A DNA stretch of 64,000 nucleotides from a virus (taxonomy: Duplodnaviria > Heunggongvirae > Uroviricota > Caudoviricetes): the IMG/VR virus record IMGVR_UViG_3300012983_000002; one strand, 5' to 3'. Below are positions 40,553 through 49,721 of this stretch, piece after piece; within the stretch, counting starts at the first letter, position 1, and every line of letters starts with the position of its first letter. A program made the position numbers and the translations under genes. Under the pieces are notes generated by a model. The model did not search any database, was not told the origin of the DNA, and worked only from the letters and a program-made list of their open reading frames with translations.

Positions 40553-40838
40553 ATATAAGTAGTAATATAGCAGCTAGTACCGTCAGGCATGGAATAAGAT
40601 AACCTGCGACGTACATCATTAGAACAACTTGGTATATAACCCACAGCGCAGCGCAGATTACACAGTAGATTAATGTACCGAAAAGCCACAGATCCCATGC
40701 CTCCTGGCAATCGTAATACGATACGCTAGAAGAGTGTGTCAACTCGTATGCTAAGTATACCGGCCACAATACAGGAAACATAAGTAGTATCAACAGGAAT
40801 ACTCCGTGCTTTTTAAAGAAATTAATCATCGTCGTCAT
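40485..40838 (-). CDS. hypothetical membrane protein
   Basis: Three hydrophobic segments. Confidence 0.6.
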   Translation of the reverse strand: MTTMINFFKKHGVFLLILLMFPVLWPVYLAYELTHSSSVSYYDCQEAWDLWLFGTLIYCVICAALWVIYQVVLMMYVAGYLIPCLTVLAAILLLIFVHISAPKIIYYIFKNKKKINE

Positions 40839-41115
40839 CGTAAGGATCTCCGTTATTTGAGTTATAAGAATACAAACCTCTATCTACAGTAGTGTTAGTA
40901 CCTTTCCTAGCCCAGGTAAATCTATCGAATCCTGGCTCATAGGTGTAATTACATTCACCACAATTAGGACAATACATGTCATACGACGAACAGTTACCTA
41001 TACCCATCGTACAGATACGGAGCATAGCTCTAAGTACAAAAGGAGTTTGCTGTTCTCCGTAGTGTCGTGTATTTCTGCGACACGTTGGACTTGGACAATA
41101 TAGCGTCTTTTTCAT
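40822..41115 (-). CDS. small zinc-ribbon protein
   Basis: CPSPTC...CPNCGEC. Confidence 0.6.
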   Translation of the reverse strand: MKKTLYCPSPTCRRNTRHYGEQQTPFVLRAMLRICTMGIGNCSSYDMYCPNCGECNYTYEPGFDRFTWARKGTNTTVDRGLYSYNSNNGDPYDDDDD

Positions 41116-41121
41116 ATAGTG

Positions 41122-41628
41122 TTACGAATATTCAAGAATTACATAGGGATCTCCATCGGCCTTTTCGTAGGCATCTATACACTTGAGCACACCATCGAAG
41201 AACTCAAGATCCTCTACAATATGGTCTAGCTTATAGAGCATAGATGTAAAGTACTCCAAAGATCGATCCTGAATAAAGAACATCTTACATATTTCGTCGA
41301 AGAAATCCTTATGGACTTTATTATCCATATCGATATCACGGAAAGATATATAGCCTCGTTCGTTAGGCTGTAAAACCTGTACCATCTTCTCAGCTACTTT
41401 CCTGGACAGTCTCGTATACTCTTGTATCTCTTCCTTAGTAATTTCTACGGGACCGTATCCAAATCCTTTCTGGCTATTGACGTAACCTCTAAGGAAACAG
41501 GGAAGCACAGGACCTCCCACATCATAATTACCATCATCCTCGCTACTCATCACCTGGGCGTAACGCTTTTTATTTGTGCGTCCTACTTTGATTTTAGCGA
41601 ATACTTTAATTTCTGCATCCATGCTCAT
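41122..41628 (-). CDS. hypothetical protein
   Basis: 168 aa ORF. Confidence 0.7.
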   Translation of the reverse strand: MSMDAEIKVFAKIKVGRTNKKRYAQVMSSEDDGNYDVGGPVLPCFLRGYVNSQKGFGYGPVEITKEEIQEYTRLSRKVAEKMVQVLQPNERGYISFRDIDMDNKVHKDFFDEICKMFFIQDRSLEYFTSMLYKLDHIVEDLEFFDGVLKCIDAYEKADGDPYVILEYS

Positions 41629-41656
41629 AATGTGTATTATTTGGGGTTAGGTTTTA

Positions 41657-41950
41657 TTAATAGAGGATATAATCGCCGTCAGCAGTACTCACAGAGAAAT
41701 ACGGGTATGGGATAGTTTTACGTTCTCCTGTTTCGGTGAGGAACGATATGGACCCATTAACGTTACGGGTGTAATGATTTACTTTGTGCGTAATATCTTC
41801 ACCATTCGAATTGTAGCCATCCTTAATAACATATCGGTACGATGTACCTACAGCTGTAATATCATTCTTAATCATACCAGCGGCTGCGTAATTGTTGATT
41901 ACACCTGCCATGGTTGCGAGAATTCCAACGAATATAAGTGTCTTGTACAT
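41657..41950 (-). CDS. hypothetical exported protein
   Basis: N-terminal hydrophobic signal. Confidence 0.6.
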   Translation of the reverse strand: MYKTLIFVGILATMAGVINNYAAAGMIKNDITAVGTSYRYVIKDGYNSNGEDITHKVNHYTRNVNGSISFLTETGERKTIPYPYFSVSTADGDYILY

Positions 41951-41985
41951 AAGTTTTATTTATCTTTCTTTGTTATAGTTAAATA

Positions 41986-42696
41986 TTACTCATATAAACT
42001 TAACGAAATAGTCAACTCTTTAGGCAACTTATCTATCTCTTCCTGCGTTGTTTTCCACGTGTCTGGAATATTGAGTATCTTGAACGTAAGGTAGACATGA
42101 CTTCCGTCCGGAGCCACTGTAACCTTAACGTGCTCCTTTAATGCTTTAGTTACGAACCTGGTTGCTACGGCAGGAGCCCAAGAGAACTCTTTACCGTAAG
42201 TCCACTCTACTCTCTCCGGGTGACCTTCCATATCATACGGAATTTTGCGAGTATTATTCTTGATGAGCCGGGTCAATTCATCTGAGTTAATCTCTAATAT
42301 AAATTCTTCTTCATCCAGAGCGTTTTGTATGTACTGAAACCATGTCTTACCTACCTTATCGTCGGCTATCATGACATGTCCATTACGCCCAAAATACGAC
42401 TTTATTTTATCTAGTAAATACTTCTCGTCCTTAGTCCACGGAGTATCATAATGCTTATGATTCATTACAGGATTCATAGGATCGAAAAGCTCAAAGACAT
42501 GTATTATCCCGGTGTCATCCTTATAGAAAGTTTTATCAGGAGCTATGAGTAGCGATAACTGTCCTTTTTCTGTGGGATTTTCTTTTACGAAATCTTCCCA
42601 CGAATCAAAAACTTGTCCGGTCCAGCCTAACGGTTTGTTTAGACTGGACCGGACATACTCTTCTATCTTGAAACTAAGCAATGGTGACGGTTTCAC
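41986..42696 (-). CDS. hypothetical protein
   Basis: 236 aa ORF overlapping the Prs-like stop. Confidence 0.65.
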   Translation of the reverse strand: MKPSPLLSFKIEEYVRSSLNKPLGWTGQVFDSWEDFVKENPTEKGQLSLLIAPDKTFYKDDTGIIHVFELFDPMNPVMNHKHYDTPWTKDEKYLLDKIKSYFGRNGHVMIADDKVGKTWFQYIQNALDEEEFILEINSDELTRLIKNNTRKIPYDMEGHPERVEWTYGKEFSWAPAVATRFVTKALKEHVKVTVAPDGSHVYLTFKILNIPDTWKTTQEEIDKLPKELTISLSLYE

Positions 42697-43498
42697 AGAT
42701 TTTATCTGACTTTATAATTTGCAAGTAATCGTAAGAATATACAGCACGCACAGGTTGTTTACCTTCGACGCACTCTTTGATGTATGCCTTATCTGCAGGG
42801 CGTAGGTGCGTGATGTACAAATCAATGTAAGCAACACCCATAGCGTGCAGTTTAGACACAACCGTCTGTATATCTCTACATGCGCACGTAGAGGCATCTA
42901 CAACTAACAGTATCTCTTCTCCACGAAGGTCATCCTCTGTCGCCATGATATCATAGTCTGGGTAGTCGTCATTCGTAGTGTTAGGACGCTTAGAGGCATA
43001 CCTGTAGCTATACGGGCGTTCTATTGCTTTTGTATATTTAATAGCGTCCTCGCTACTCATGAAGAACAGAAAATCCCACATACCTCCAGGATATTGCTCG
43101 TTGTACTTATCGAGGAATTCCTTTACTGGATACCATACATTACATCTGCGTAGTAGTGTAGGCACTGCAGTTGAGTGTGGGTCTGCAACTATAACTGTAC
43201 TGAAATTCAGATCGTTAATAATATCTGCAACTATACGAAAAGCAGAGAGGTCCTCCTGCAGCGAGTAAGGACAATACTGAAGGTAGAGTGTAGAGAAGTT
43301 GCTTCTTTCATCGGAGGGAATGTTATCCCACATCTTCTTAGCTACCTGCAAGTTAAATAGATCGTCATTTGAGAAAAAGATAAGCTCGAACTCGTCAGGA
43401 TAGTTCTTATTACACATATCCTCTGTGAGTTTAATGTAAGAGCGCTCTCTCGCCTCAAAATCATACTTAGCTACGTCTCTGTCATTAAATAGTACCAT
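42674..43498 (-). CDS. degenerate ribose-phosphate pyrophosphokinase (Prs)-like protein
   Basis: LYLQYCPYS, INDLNFSTVIVADPHS, ILLVVDA..., IDLYITH; PRPP-binding loop is non-canonical. Confidence 0.7.
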   Translation of the reverse strand: MVLFNDRDVAKYDFEARERSYIKLTEDMCNKNYPDEFELIFFSNDDLFNLQVAKKMWDNIPSDERSNFSTLYLQYCPYSLQEDLSAFRIVADIINDLNFSTVIVADPHSTAVPTLLRRCNVWYPVKEFLDKYNEQYPGGMWDFLFFMSSEDAIKYTKAIERPYSYRYASKRPNTTNDDYPDYDIMATEDDLRGEEILLVVDASTCACRDIQTVVSKLHAMGVAYIDLYITHLRPADKAYIKECVEGKQPVRAVYSYDYLQIIKSDKICETVTIA

Positions 43499-44240
43499 AA
43501 TGTATTGTGGTTGTTTTTCTGAGTTTATTTACGGTGTCGATAAGATCTCCTATAGTACGCATACTTTCTAGCTCTTCCTCACTAAAAGAGATAGCAAACT
43601 TCTCTTCTAACGTTAACGTTATATCAGAGTAGTCAAGGCTATCCATAAGTAAGTCATCATACAATTTACTTGTGTACGTCATAGGTACTTTCGTATTAAT
43701 GTAAGGAATAGATTTAATCAGATTAAATACTTCTTCCTCTACACAGTCTTTGCAAACTCCTATAGTTGTGGGAGTTGCTATACCACAATTCTCCATGATG
43801 CTGAGTGCATATTTGTGAAGCTCTTCGGACACGTCAGCGCATAGATTTTTAGACACAGAAATAGCTATTGACCCTGGCAAACCAGACCTCAATAACATAG
43901 CGTTGCCTAGTATTTCTTTGGACGTACCTATGCCTACAAGGATAATTTCATTTACATCCGCATCATCATCTGTAAGTAATTTATCGTTAATTGTACGAAA
44001 CAGCGATGGCGATAATAGCCCGGCTGTAAACATACGAACGGATTTAATATCATCAAGATTGCTGTAAAGATTAATACCCTCACCGCAGTCAGTACATAAT
44101 GCTAAAATCTGATACGTGTCTTCTTGCTCTTTAGCAGACTTCAGATAGTGCATTATATTATCAGCAGTAGTTTTAGCCCAAGACGATCTTTTAACGAACC
44201 CGTCTTGCACATTTACTGCTATATACAATTTTTTGCTCAT
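43485..44240 (-). CDS. degenerate nicotinamidase (PncA)-like domain fused to an acyl carrier protein domain
   Basis: LYIAVNVQDGFV, IILVGIGTSKEILGNAMLL; C-terminal DDLLMDSLD...LEEKFAISF..EE....RTIGDLI. Confidence 0.7.
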   Translation of the reverse strand: MSKKLYIAVNVQDGFVKRSSWAKTTADNIMHYLKSAKEQEDTYQILALCTDCGEGINLYSNLDDIKSVRMFTAGLLSPSLFRTINDKLLTDDDADVNEIILVGIGTSKEILGNAMLLRSGLPGSIAISVSKNLCADVSEELHKYALSIMENCGIATPTTIGVCKDCVEEEVFNLIKSIPYINTKVPMTYTSKLYDDLLMDSLDYSDITLTLEEKFAISFSEEELESMRTIGDLIDTVNKLRKTTTIHYGTI

Positions 44241-44256
44241 ATTGTTGTGTTTGAAA

Positions 44257-44718
44257 TCAGGCAGTTACTTTCTCTTTAAATAAACTGGCACACGGAATAA
44301 TGTGATCTTTTGGTATCATCTCGCCTACTTTAGAACATTTCCCATTTTCCCAGAACGCACACATACCGCAGGTTCTCAGAGAATGACCTGGTTGAATATT
44401 TACCTCTGTAGTGTAAGTTACAGTGATGTATTCGTTTTGAACAAGCGAGTTAAGAATGTGCTCAGTGAGAGGTGCGTTGTCGATTCCTATGTAAGCCCAC
44501 AGCCCGTAAGGCAGTCCTGACCATTCGTCCCCCTTAGCGCGACAAGTCCACTCGCCTCCAAAGAATACCCAGTAGTCTTCGTCACAACCCAGCGTGGCAC
44601 TTTCGTTACCTTCTTCGTACACTAATAACTTAAGATCTATTTGAATGATATTATCTTCTTCATCTTTGTACGTTTCTATATTTGTACGCTTTACTGTGAT
44701 TGTTTTGGTCAGTTTCAT
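44257..44718 (-). CDS. hypothetical protein
   Basis: 153 aa, C-terminal CGMC...C...C. Confidence 0.65.
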   Translation of the reverse strand: MKLTKTITVKRTNIETYKDEEDNIIQIDLKLLVYEEGNESATLGCDEDYWVFFGGEWTCRAKGDEWSGLPYGLWAYIGIDNAPLTEHILNSLVQNEYITVTYTTEVNIQPGHSLRTCGMCAFWENGKCSKVGEMIPKDHIIPCASLFKEKVTA

Positions 44719-44727
44719 ATTGCTGTG

Positions 44728-45207
44728 TTATTTTTTAATTTCTACTGCAGGTTCGATAAATTTCTTTTTCCACATTACAGGAACTATAGCTTCCCTAGCT
44801 ATATTACTAGGACTTATAGACTCTGATTCTAAAATCTCCTCAACTAAACCAGCACGTGTAAGTTTACCTTCTGTTGTAACAAGTCCGTTTTCAATAGCTT
44901 CTTCAGAGGGATCTTCGATAAGTTTGTCTATCTCGAGGATTATTATGTGACTAGAGTCTTCCTTAAAATAGACAAAATAAGAATTAGTTAACTCGAATAT
45001 CTTTACATCATACTTGTAGTAGTCTTTCCTCGGATGCACACATTTTGCTGAGAAAACACGTTTTCCGAAAATGTGATACTCTTTGTGCGCTTTGGGATCG
45101 TACAGTACATGTTTCTCGTCTCGATCTTCCCAATATCCACCGATGTATAGTATCAGAAGAGGTAGCCCTACTATTGCGATTATTATAGACAGTGTAACTA
45201 TTAGCAT
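44728..45207 (-). CDS. membrane-anchored protein, tandem paralog A
   Basis: N-terminal TM; shares VLYDP..HKEYHIFGK..FSAKC.HP and TNSYFVY with 45217..45693. Confidence 0.8.
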   Translation of the reverse strand: MLIVTLSIIIAIVGLPLLILYIGGYWEDRDEKHVLYDPKAHKEYHIFGKRVFSAKCVHPRKDYYKYDVKIFELTNSYFVYFKEDSSHIIILEIDKLIEDPSEEAIENGLVTTEGKLTRAGLVEEILESESISPSNIAREAIVPVMWKKKFIEPAVEIKK

Positions 45208-45216
45208 ATTGTTGTG

Positions 45217-45693
45217 TTAGTTTTTAATTTCTATTACAGGGTCGATAAACTTCTTCTTACGCATTACAGGAACTACAGCTTCTTTTGCGTCTCTATAAAG
45301 AAAAATAGAGTTAATCAGTCCCTTTCGTGTAAGTTTACCATCTTCATCAATAATACCAGTCTCAATCGCATATTCGGTTGGAGAGTCTACAAATTTATCT
45401 ATTTCTTGTGTTATTACGATACCACTACTATTCTCCTTTGTATAAACGAAATAAGAATTGGTTGTATCGAATATCTTCACCTCAACTTTGTACCAATCTC
45501 TTGCAGGATGCGCACACTTTGCGGAGAAGATAAGTTTTCCGAAAATATGATATTCTTTGTGCTCAGAAGGATCGTACAGCACATACTTACCAGAACTATT
45601 AACCTTACTAATCCACGCTCTTAATGAAAATAGTATCAGGGGAAGTATAAGGCCTGAGAGCGTTAGTATTATCAGTAGTGTACTTAGTGTCAT
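45217..45693 (-). CDS. membrane-anchored protein, tandem paralog B
   Basis: Paralog of 44728..45207. Confidence 0.8.
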   Translation of the reverse strand: MTLSTLLIILTLSGLILPLILFSLRAWISKVNSSGKYVLYDPSEHKEYHIFGKLIFSAKCAHPARDWYKVEVKIFDTTNSYFVYTKENSSGIVITQEIDKFVDSPTEYAIETGIIDEDGKLTRKGLINSIFLYRDAKEAVVPVMRKKKFIDPVIEIKN

Positions 45694-45738
45694 TACTTAT
45701 TGTTGTTTGGTTATAATAATTACTTGTCTTTAATACAA

Positions 45739-45770
45739 AAATCCCGATCAATTAATCTTGATCGGGATTT
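45739..45770 (-). terminator. intrinsic terminator
   Basis: 13-bp perfect stem aaatcccgatcaa/ttgatcgggattt with flanking A/T tracts. Confidence 0.8.
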
Positions 45771-45793
45771 AAAAATATCGCGGTATTAATAGT

Positions 45794-46906
45794 TTACGAA
45801 GAGAACAGTTCACTGCCTAGCATTCCTAGTCCGGCACCAGCAGCAGCTGTTCCAGCCAAACCTACGGCACCAGCTACAGGTTTTCCTATTTTAGAAGCTA
45901 TACGGGCTATTCTTGCATAGGCTGGGCCTTGATTTTTTGTAAAGTGCGTCACCCAGTCCATTTTCTTACCATTCTTACTAGATTCACTTAGCAATGTTAA
46001 CTCTATACCTCGAATGCCTTTTCTTAATGCGCTTCTCTCATTTTTATCAGATGTCGTATTATAGGCTTCAACCAATTTATTATACACATTGCTTATACTA
46101 AAGTTATCCTCAGTAATTCCTAATTTTTTCATTAAGGGTGATAACTCTGTATGTTTACCTTTGTTAGCTAGTACTTTATCTGCCGCATTAACTTTTAATA
46201 CTTTCGGAGCATTAGCCACCTCGTCTATAATTTTGTGAAATAGTGTATCTCCTTTGGTTACCTTTTTAAAACTACCATGTCCTTCGTTGTAAATTTTCCT
46301 AGCAGAGTCGTCAATCATCATATCTAGGAACTCGTCACTACCTGGTTTGGAGTTTGTTTCAAAGATGACATTTTTAGTTGATTCAGGTAAAGCAAAATCT
46401 CTCAAGAAGTGCGCTAGAGACACCTGCCTAGAGCCGGCACCCTGGAAATGATTATGCTGACCGCCGGCAAAATCAAATATTCCAGGAAGGATTAATGGTT
46501 TTTCTTTTGGCATCCATCCCTGTACGTGCCCTCTTGAGTGTAGATAGTCGGTCGGTATATTATATATACTTTCTACCCTGGTTCCTAGGAGTTTATTATT
46601 AAGTACATTATTAGTACCTTCGTGATATAGAGAGTGGGCTAAATCAAAATCTTCTGGCGATCTTTTCAGCAGCTTTCCAGATAGAGGAGACTTAAAAGTA
46701 TATGTTCTGTTGGAAAGCACATCGTCGAGTACTTTTCCCTTTGCGTCCCACGCGTCAGCTGTATTTTCAAGTTTGGTAAAATCCAAAAAAGCTTTACCTC
46801 CTACACCAGCCCCAAGAGCACCGCCACCTGTCAGCAACGAAGCGTCCCGTATCGTGTTGTCTTCTGGTGCAAAGTATTGCTTTACTTGTTCTAAATAATC
46901 GCGCAT
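45794..46906 (-). CDS. hypothetical protein with Gly-rich hydrophobic termini
   Basis: LLTGGGALGAGVGG and VAGAVGLAGTAAAGAGLGMLG; TATAAT-N6-ATG start. Confidence 0.75.
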   Translation of the reverse strand: MRDYLEQVKQYFAPEDNTIRDASLLTGGGALGAGVGGKAFLDFTKLENTADAWDAKGKVLDDVLSNRTYTFKSPLSGKLLKRSPEDFDLAHSLYHEGTNNVLNNKLLGTRVESIYNIPTDYLHSRGHVQGWMPKEKPLILPGIFDFAGGQHNHFQGAGSRQVSLAHFLRDFALPESTKNVIFETNSKPGSDEFLDMMIDDSARKIYNEGHGSFKKVTKGDTLFHKIIDEVANAPKVLKVNAADKVLANKGKHTELSPLMKKLGITEDNFSISNVYNKLVEAYNTTSDKNERSALRKGIRGIELTLLSESSKNGKKMDWVTHFTKNQGPAYARIARIASKIGKPVAGAVGLAGTAAAGAGLGMLGSELFSS

Positions 46907-46945
46907 AAAAGTATTATAAACTACAAATAACGCGAGCTCAAACGC

Positions 46946-46972
46946 AGTCTAGCCTGGATTCGCGCCAAGACA
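46946..46972 (-). repeat. degenerate copy of the tRNA-Gln 3' half
   Basis: 24/27 identical to 47233..47259. Confidence 0.75.
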
Positions 46973-46980
46973 ACTTATTG

Positions 46981-47178
46981 TCATTGCTTATTTTTGTTTG
47001 GTCTATGGTAGCACTTATCGTATTGCTCCAGTAAATACTTATATCCAGGATCCGGAGGATGCGGTATCTCATACGTCTCTTTTTTACGTGTTGGGTAAAA
47101 AAGGAGGGCCATAAAGACAACAAAGAACAAAGTTCCTGCGGCTGCTGTAGTTAAAATAACAAACTGTATTGATGTCAT
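46981..47178 (-). CDS. small membrane protein (65 aa) between tRNA-Gln and its 3' repeat
   Basis: MTSIQFVILTTAAAGTLFFVVFMALLFYP...; the ORF-track extension to 47367 is antisense-free read-through of two tRNAs and is not credible. Confidence 0.6.
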   Translation of the reverse strand: MTSIQFVILTTAAAGTLFFVVFMALLFYPTRKKETYEIPHPPDPGYKYLLEQYDKCYHRPNKNKQ

Positions 47179-47231
47179 AATCTCAATATTACTTAATACA
47201 AAAAGCGTCCCATCTAACAGACAGGACGCTA

Positions 47232-47302
47232 TAGTCTCGCCTGGATTCGAACCAAGACAGAGGGAATCAAAATCCCTAGTGCTACCTTTACACCACGAGA
47301 CT
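47232..47302 (-). tRNA. tRNA-Gln(TTG)
   Basis: AGGGA-TTTTGAT-TCCCT, TTCGAAT. Confidence 0.9.
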
Positions 47303-47308
47303 AAAAAA

Positions 47309-47382
47309 TACCACGGGTAGGATTCGAACCTACGACCTGCCGCGTATGAAGCGGCCGCTCTAACCAACTAAGCTACCGGGGC
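47309..47382 (-). tRNA. tRNA-Met(CAT), probably elongator
   Basis: CCGC-TTCATAC-GCGG. Confidence 0.88.
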
Positions 47383-47447
47383 ATTTACCTCCCCAAGATA
47401 TACCCAGGGAGGGGGTGCAGAAGTTATCTGCACGGATTACTTAAAGA

Positions 47448-47533
47448 CGGGTTGCTGAGGTGTCGATCCCCAATGGTGTCATCCATCCAACTGTTTTCAA
47501 GACAGTGTTCGTAGCCGTACGAATTAACAACCC
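47448..47533 (-). tRNA. tRNA-Ser(TGA), atypical D and T loops
   Basis: CTGT-CTTGAAA-ACAG, long variable arm, T-loop ATCGACA. Confidence 0.75.
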
Positions 47534-47551
47534 ATTTACTTTTTATATTAC

Positions 47552-47635
47552 TGGGAAGAGGTGGATTCGAACCACCGTAGGTCGTAGACCAGCAGATTTA
47601 CAGTCTGCCCCATTTGACCACTCTGGTATCTTCCC
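47552..47635 (-). tRNA. tRNA-Tyr(GTA)
   Basis: GCAGA-CTGTAAA-TCTGC, class II arm. Confidence 0.92.
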
Positions 47636-47656
47636 TATGTTACGTGACATTATGTA

Positions 47657-47745
47657 AGCCGGCTCAGGGAGTCGAACCCTGCTTAAGGCTATTAACCCGT
47701 TTGCCATATTACAAGTATGGTGCCTAACCGATCGGCTTAGCCGGC
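47657..47745 (-). tRNA. tRNA-Thr(TGT) with an unusually long variable region
   Basis: CCATA-CTTGTAA-TATGG, 22-nt variable region, CAGGG-TTCGACT-CCCTG. Confidence 0.75.
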
Positions 47746-47751
47746 GTTAAC

Positions 47752-47823
47752 TCTGGCACACTCGAATCGAACGAGCCTCGTCCTCTGCCCAAAAGAGGTG
47801 CATACCCAGCCTGCCCGCGCCAG
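47752..47823 (-). tRNA. tRNA-Pro(TGG)
   Basis: CCTCT-TTTGGGC-AGAGG. Confidence 0.82.
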
Positions 47824-47844
47824 CTTATTACTATACTATATAGA

Positions 47845-47917
47845 TGGAGCAGAAGAGACTCGAACTCTCAACCTTCTGAATGCAAATCAGACGCTCTGCC
47901 AATTGAGCTACAACCCC
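47845..47917 (-). tRNA. tRNA-Ala(TGC)
   Basis: TCTGA-TTTGCAT-TCAGA. Confidence 0.92.
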
Positions 47918-47930
47918 GTTATGTAGCAAT

Positions 47931-47959
47931 AATATACGCTATATAAAAAATTAAAGCAA
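47931..47959 (-). promoter_or_regulatory. sigma70-type promoter of the Ala-Pro-Thr-Tyr-Ser-Met-Gln tRNA run
   Basis: TTGCTT-N17-TATATT with an AT-rich upstream tract, about 13 nt before tRNA-Ala. Confidence 0.55.
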
Positions 47960-47992
47960 CTATATTTTTGCTACATGTAATAAAAAATTTAT

Positions 47993-48514
47993 TTAATAAA
48001 GTTTAGCTGTAATCTTACCGTTACTGTTAAGCATGCAAGCGTACTTAGTACTATCCATGAACCGAGCCATACTATAAACGTAGTGTTCGATATTGTACGC
48101 CAGCTCTCTAACCTCTCTATTATACCCGTTCTTCAACATTTCATTAAGGGTGTCGATCATTTTAGGAAGATGTTCCATACATTCCTTTAAAGCTAAAAGA
48201 TCGTTGCGTTCGCAGTTAAGTGTGTGACTACGTGCCTTGCTAAACCACTTTTCTGTGTATGGCCTATCTTCCTCAGGCGCCAGAGTAAAAGATGACGTCT
48301 GTTCGTGAAATAACTTATGAGCTGCTCTAATATACTTTGCTCTATCTTCTGAGGTTTGTACAAAAGAAGGCATACCGCCGATATACCCACCAGGACCTTC
48401 CTTGGTTAAGAATGCTCTATGAACCTCGACACCATTTACTATTACTCTGAAATCTACTCTATCTTCACTAGGCTTACTGCTACGTTTCAGTGTATATTTT
48501 GTTTCTGTGTTCAT
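47993..48514 (-). CDS. hypothetical protein
   Basis: 173 aa ORF. Confidence 0.7.
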   Translation of the reverse strand: MNTETKYTLKRSSKPSEDRVDFRVIVNGVEVHRAFLTKEGPGGYIGGMPSFVQTSEDRAKYIRAAHKLFHEQTSSFTLAPEEDRPYTEKWFSKARSHTLNCERNDLLALKECMEHLPKMIDTLNEMLKNGYNREVRELAYNIEHYVYSMARFMDSTKYACMLNSNGKITAKLY

Positions 48515-48651
48515 ATTATTTGTCGAATGTAATGATTACTTTCCAATATTAAGGGCCATCTCAAGAAGAGCAACTCCGTCGTTTAGTAATGCTGTAAGTT
48601 TTCGAATGTCTATAAGTGTAGCTTTATCGATATAAGGAACAATCGGTAAGT

Positions 48652-48882
48652 TCATTTTTTTAAAATTTTATATTTAATACCATTGTCAGTATATTCTGCT
48701 GTAAACGGCGTATAGCACATACCACATAAAAACGAATCTTCTAGGTCGTCTTTAGATTTAACGATGCGAGCTTTCATTAACCGTTCGCACCCACACGAAG
48801 GACAAGAGACAACCTTACCAGCTTCGCGAGCAGAATTCAGCTTTCTGTAATACTCTTTTATTTTCTGTTGTTCTTTGGTCAT
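48652..48882 (-). CDS. small zinc-ribbon protein
   Basis: CPSCGC...CGMC. Confidence 0.6.
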   Translation of the reverse strand: MTKEQQKIKEYYRKLNSAREAGKVVSCPSCGCERLMKARIVKSKDDLEDSFLCGMCYTPFTAEYTDNGIKYKILKK

Positions 48883-48927
48883 AGTGTTTAGAAACTATAT
48901 TTTTTCTACCTGTAATAAAAAATTTAT

Positions 48928-49113
48928 TTAGCTTCTTGCTAGCAGGATTAAGATTAACGCGCCTGTAGCTAAAAAGAGACCACACCCTATGAATGCGATA
49001 AGTCCTATAGTACCAATGATATCTATATAACGTTTATGCATTTCAAATTCCTTATCAGCCTCTTGCAATAATGCAATCGCATCTTTTAACTTTTCTTTTT
49101 CTTCTTCGGTCAT
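48928..49113 (-). CDS. small membrane protein
   Basis: C-terminal TM. Confidence 0.55.
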   Translation of the reverse strand: MTEEEKEKLKDAIALLQEADKEFEMHKRYIDIIGTIGLIAFIGCGLFLATGALILILLARS

Positions 49114-49361
49114 TTGTCGAATGTAATGATTACTTCTTTATCGATAGGTATTTCCACATGCCTTTCACCGTTAATGAATTTAATAACTTTATCTGAACTT
49201 ATCTTTGGAGCAGTGGAACATTTATAAATCTTTCCATCATCCACCTTTATATTACATTCCAGGATTCTGTCCTTACCCCAAATCGCCCATGATACAAGAA
49301 AACCTAATATAAATAATCCTATACATGTTACTATACCCCCTAAAACATCAGCAGTATCCAT
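49110..49361 (-). CDS. small membrane-anchored protein
   Basis: N-terminal TM. Confidence 0.6.
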   Translation of the reverse strand: MDTADVLGGIVTCIGLFILGFLVSWAIWGKDRILECNIKVDDGKIYKCSTAPKISSDKVIKFINGERHVEIPIDKEVIITFDK

Positions 49362-49380
49362 ATTAAGTACAGGTTTAATA

Positions 49381-49620
49381 TTAATAATTATTCTTTATTG
49401 TGTATTTTCCATTGCTAGTATATTTGGTACCAGCTACGTCAAAATACAATATTCCGTCTTTTTCTTCGTAGTAATTAGAGTAGTACGTATCTGAAAAAAG
49501 ACCGTTATCCACTTCAATAGTATAGCGGTACGTCTGTTCTTTTTTATATTTATTGTCGCAAGCCGAACAACCAAAGAAAAAGACACCAAACAAAAGTAGT
49601 AATTCTAAGAGGCAACCCAT
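49381..49620 (-). CDS. small putative lipoprotein
   Basis: Hydrophobic N-terminus followed by FGCSAC. Confidence 0.5.
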   Translation of the reverse strand: MGCLLELLLLFGVFFFGCSACDNKYKKEQTYRYTIEVDNGLFSDTYYSNYYEEKDGILYFDVAGTKYTSNGKYTIKNNY

Positions 49621-49721
49621 ATAAGTTAATGTGTGATTTTATATTCTTTTGTGTAAATAAAACCACCGCCCAAGCAGATGCCTGGGCGGTGACTATCTTT
49701 AATACTTATCAATAAAAACAA

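Noticed and set aside
41986-42696. NAMPT following the Prs-like gene
   Set aside because: Only MKPSPLL resembles a NAMPT start; no TDxYK motif and the protein is too short.
46981-47367. 128-aa ORF as listed in the track
   Set aside because: Its 5' half is a translation of tRNA-Met and tRNA-Gln; only the last 65 codons are credible.
47448-47533. tRNA-Sec
   Set aside because: The anticodon is TGA (Ser), not TCA, and the acceptor stem is 7 bp.
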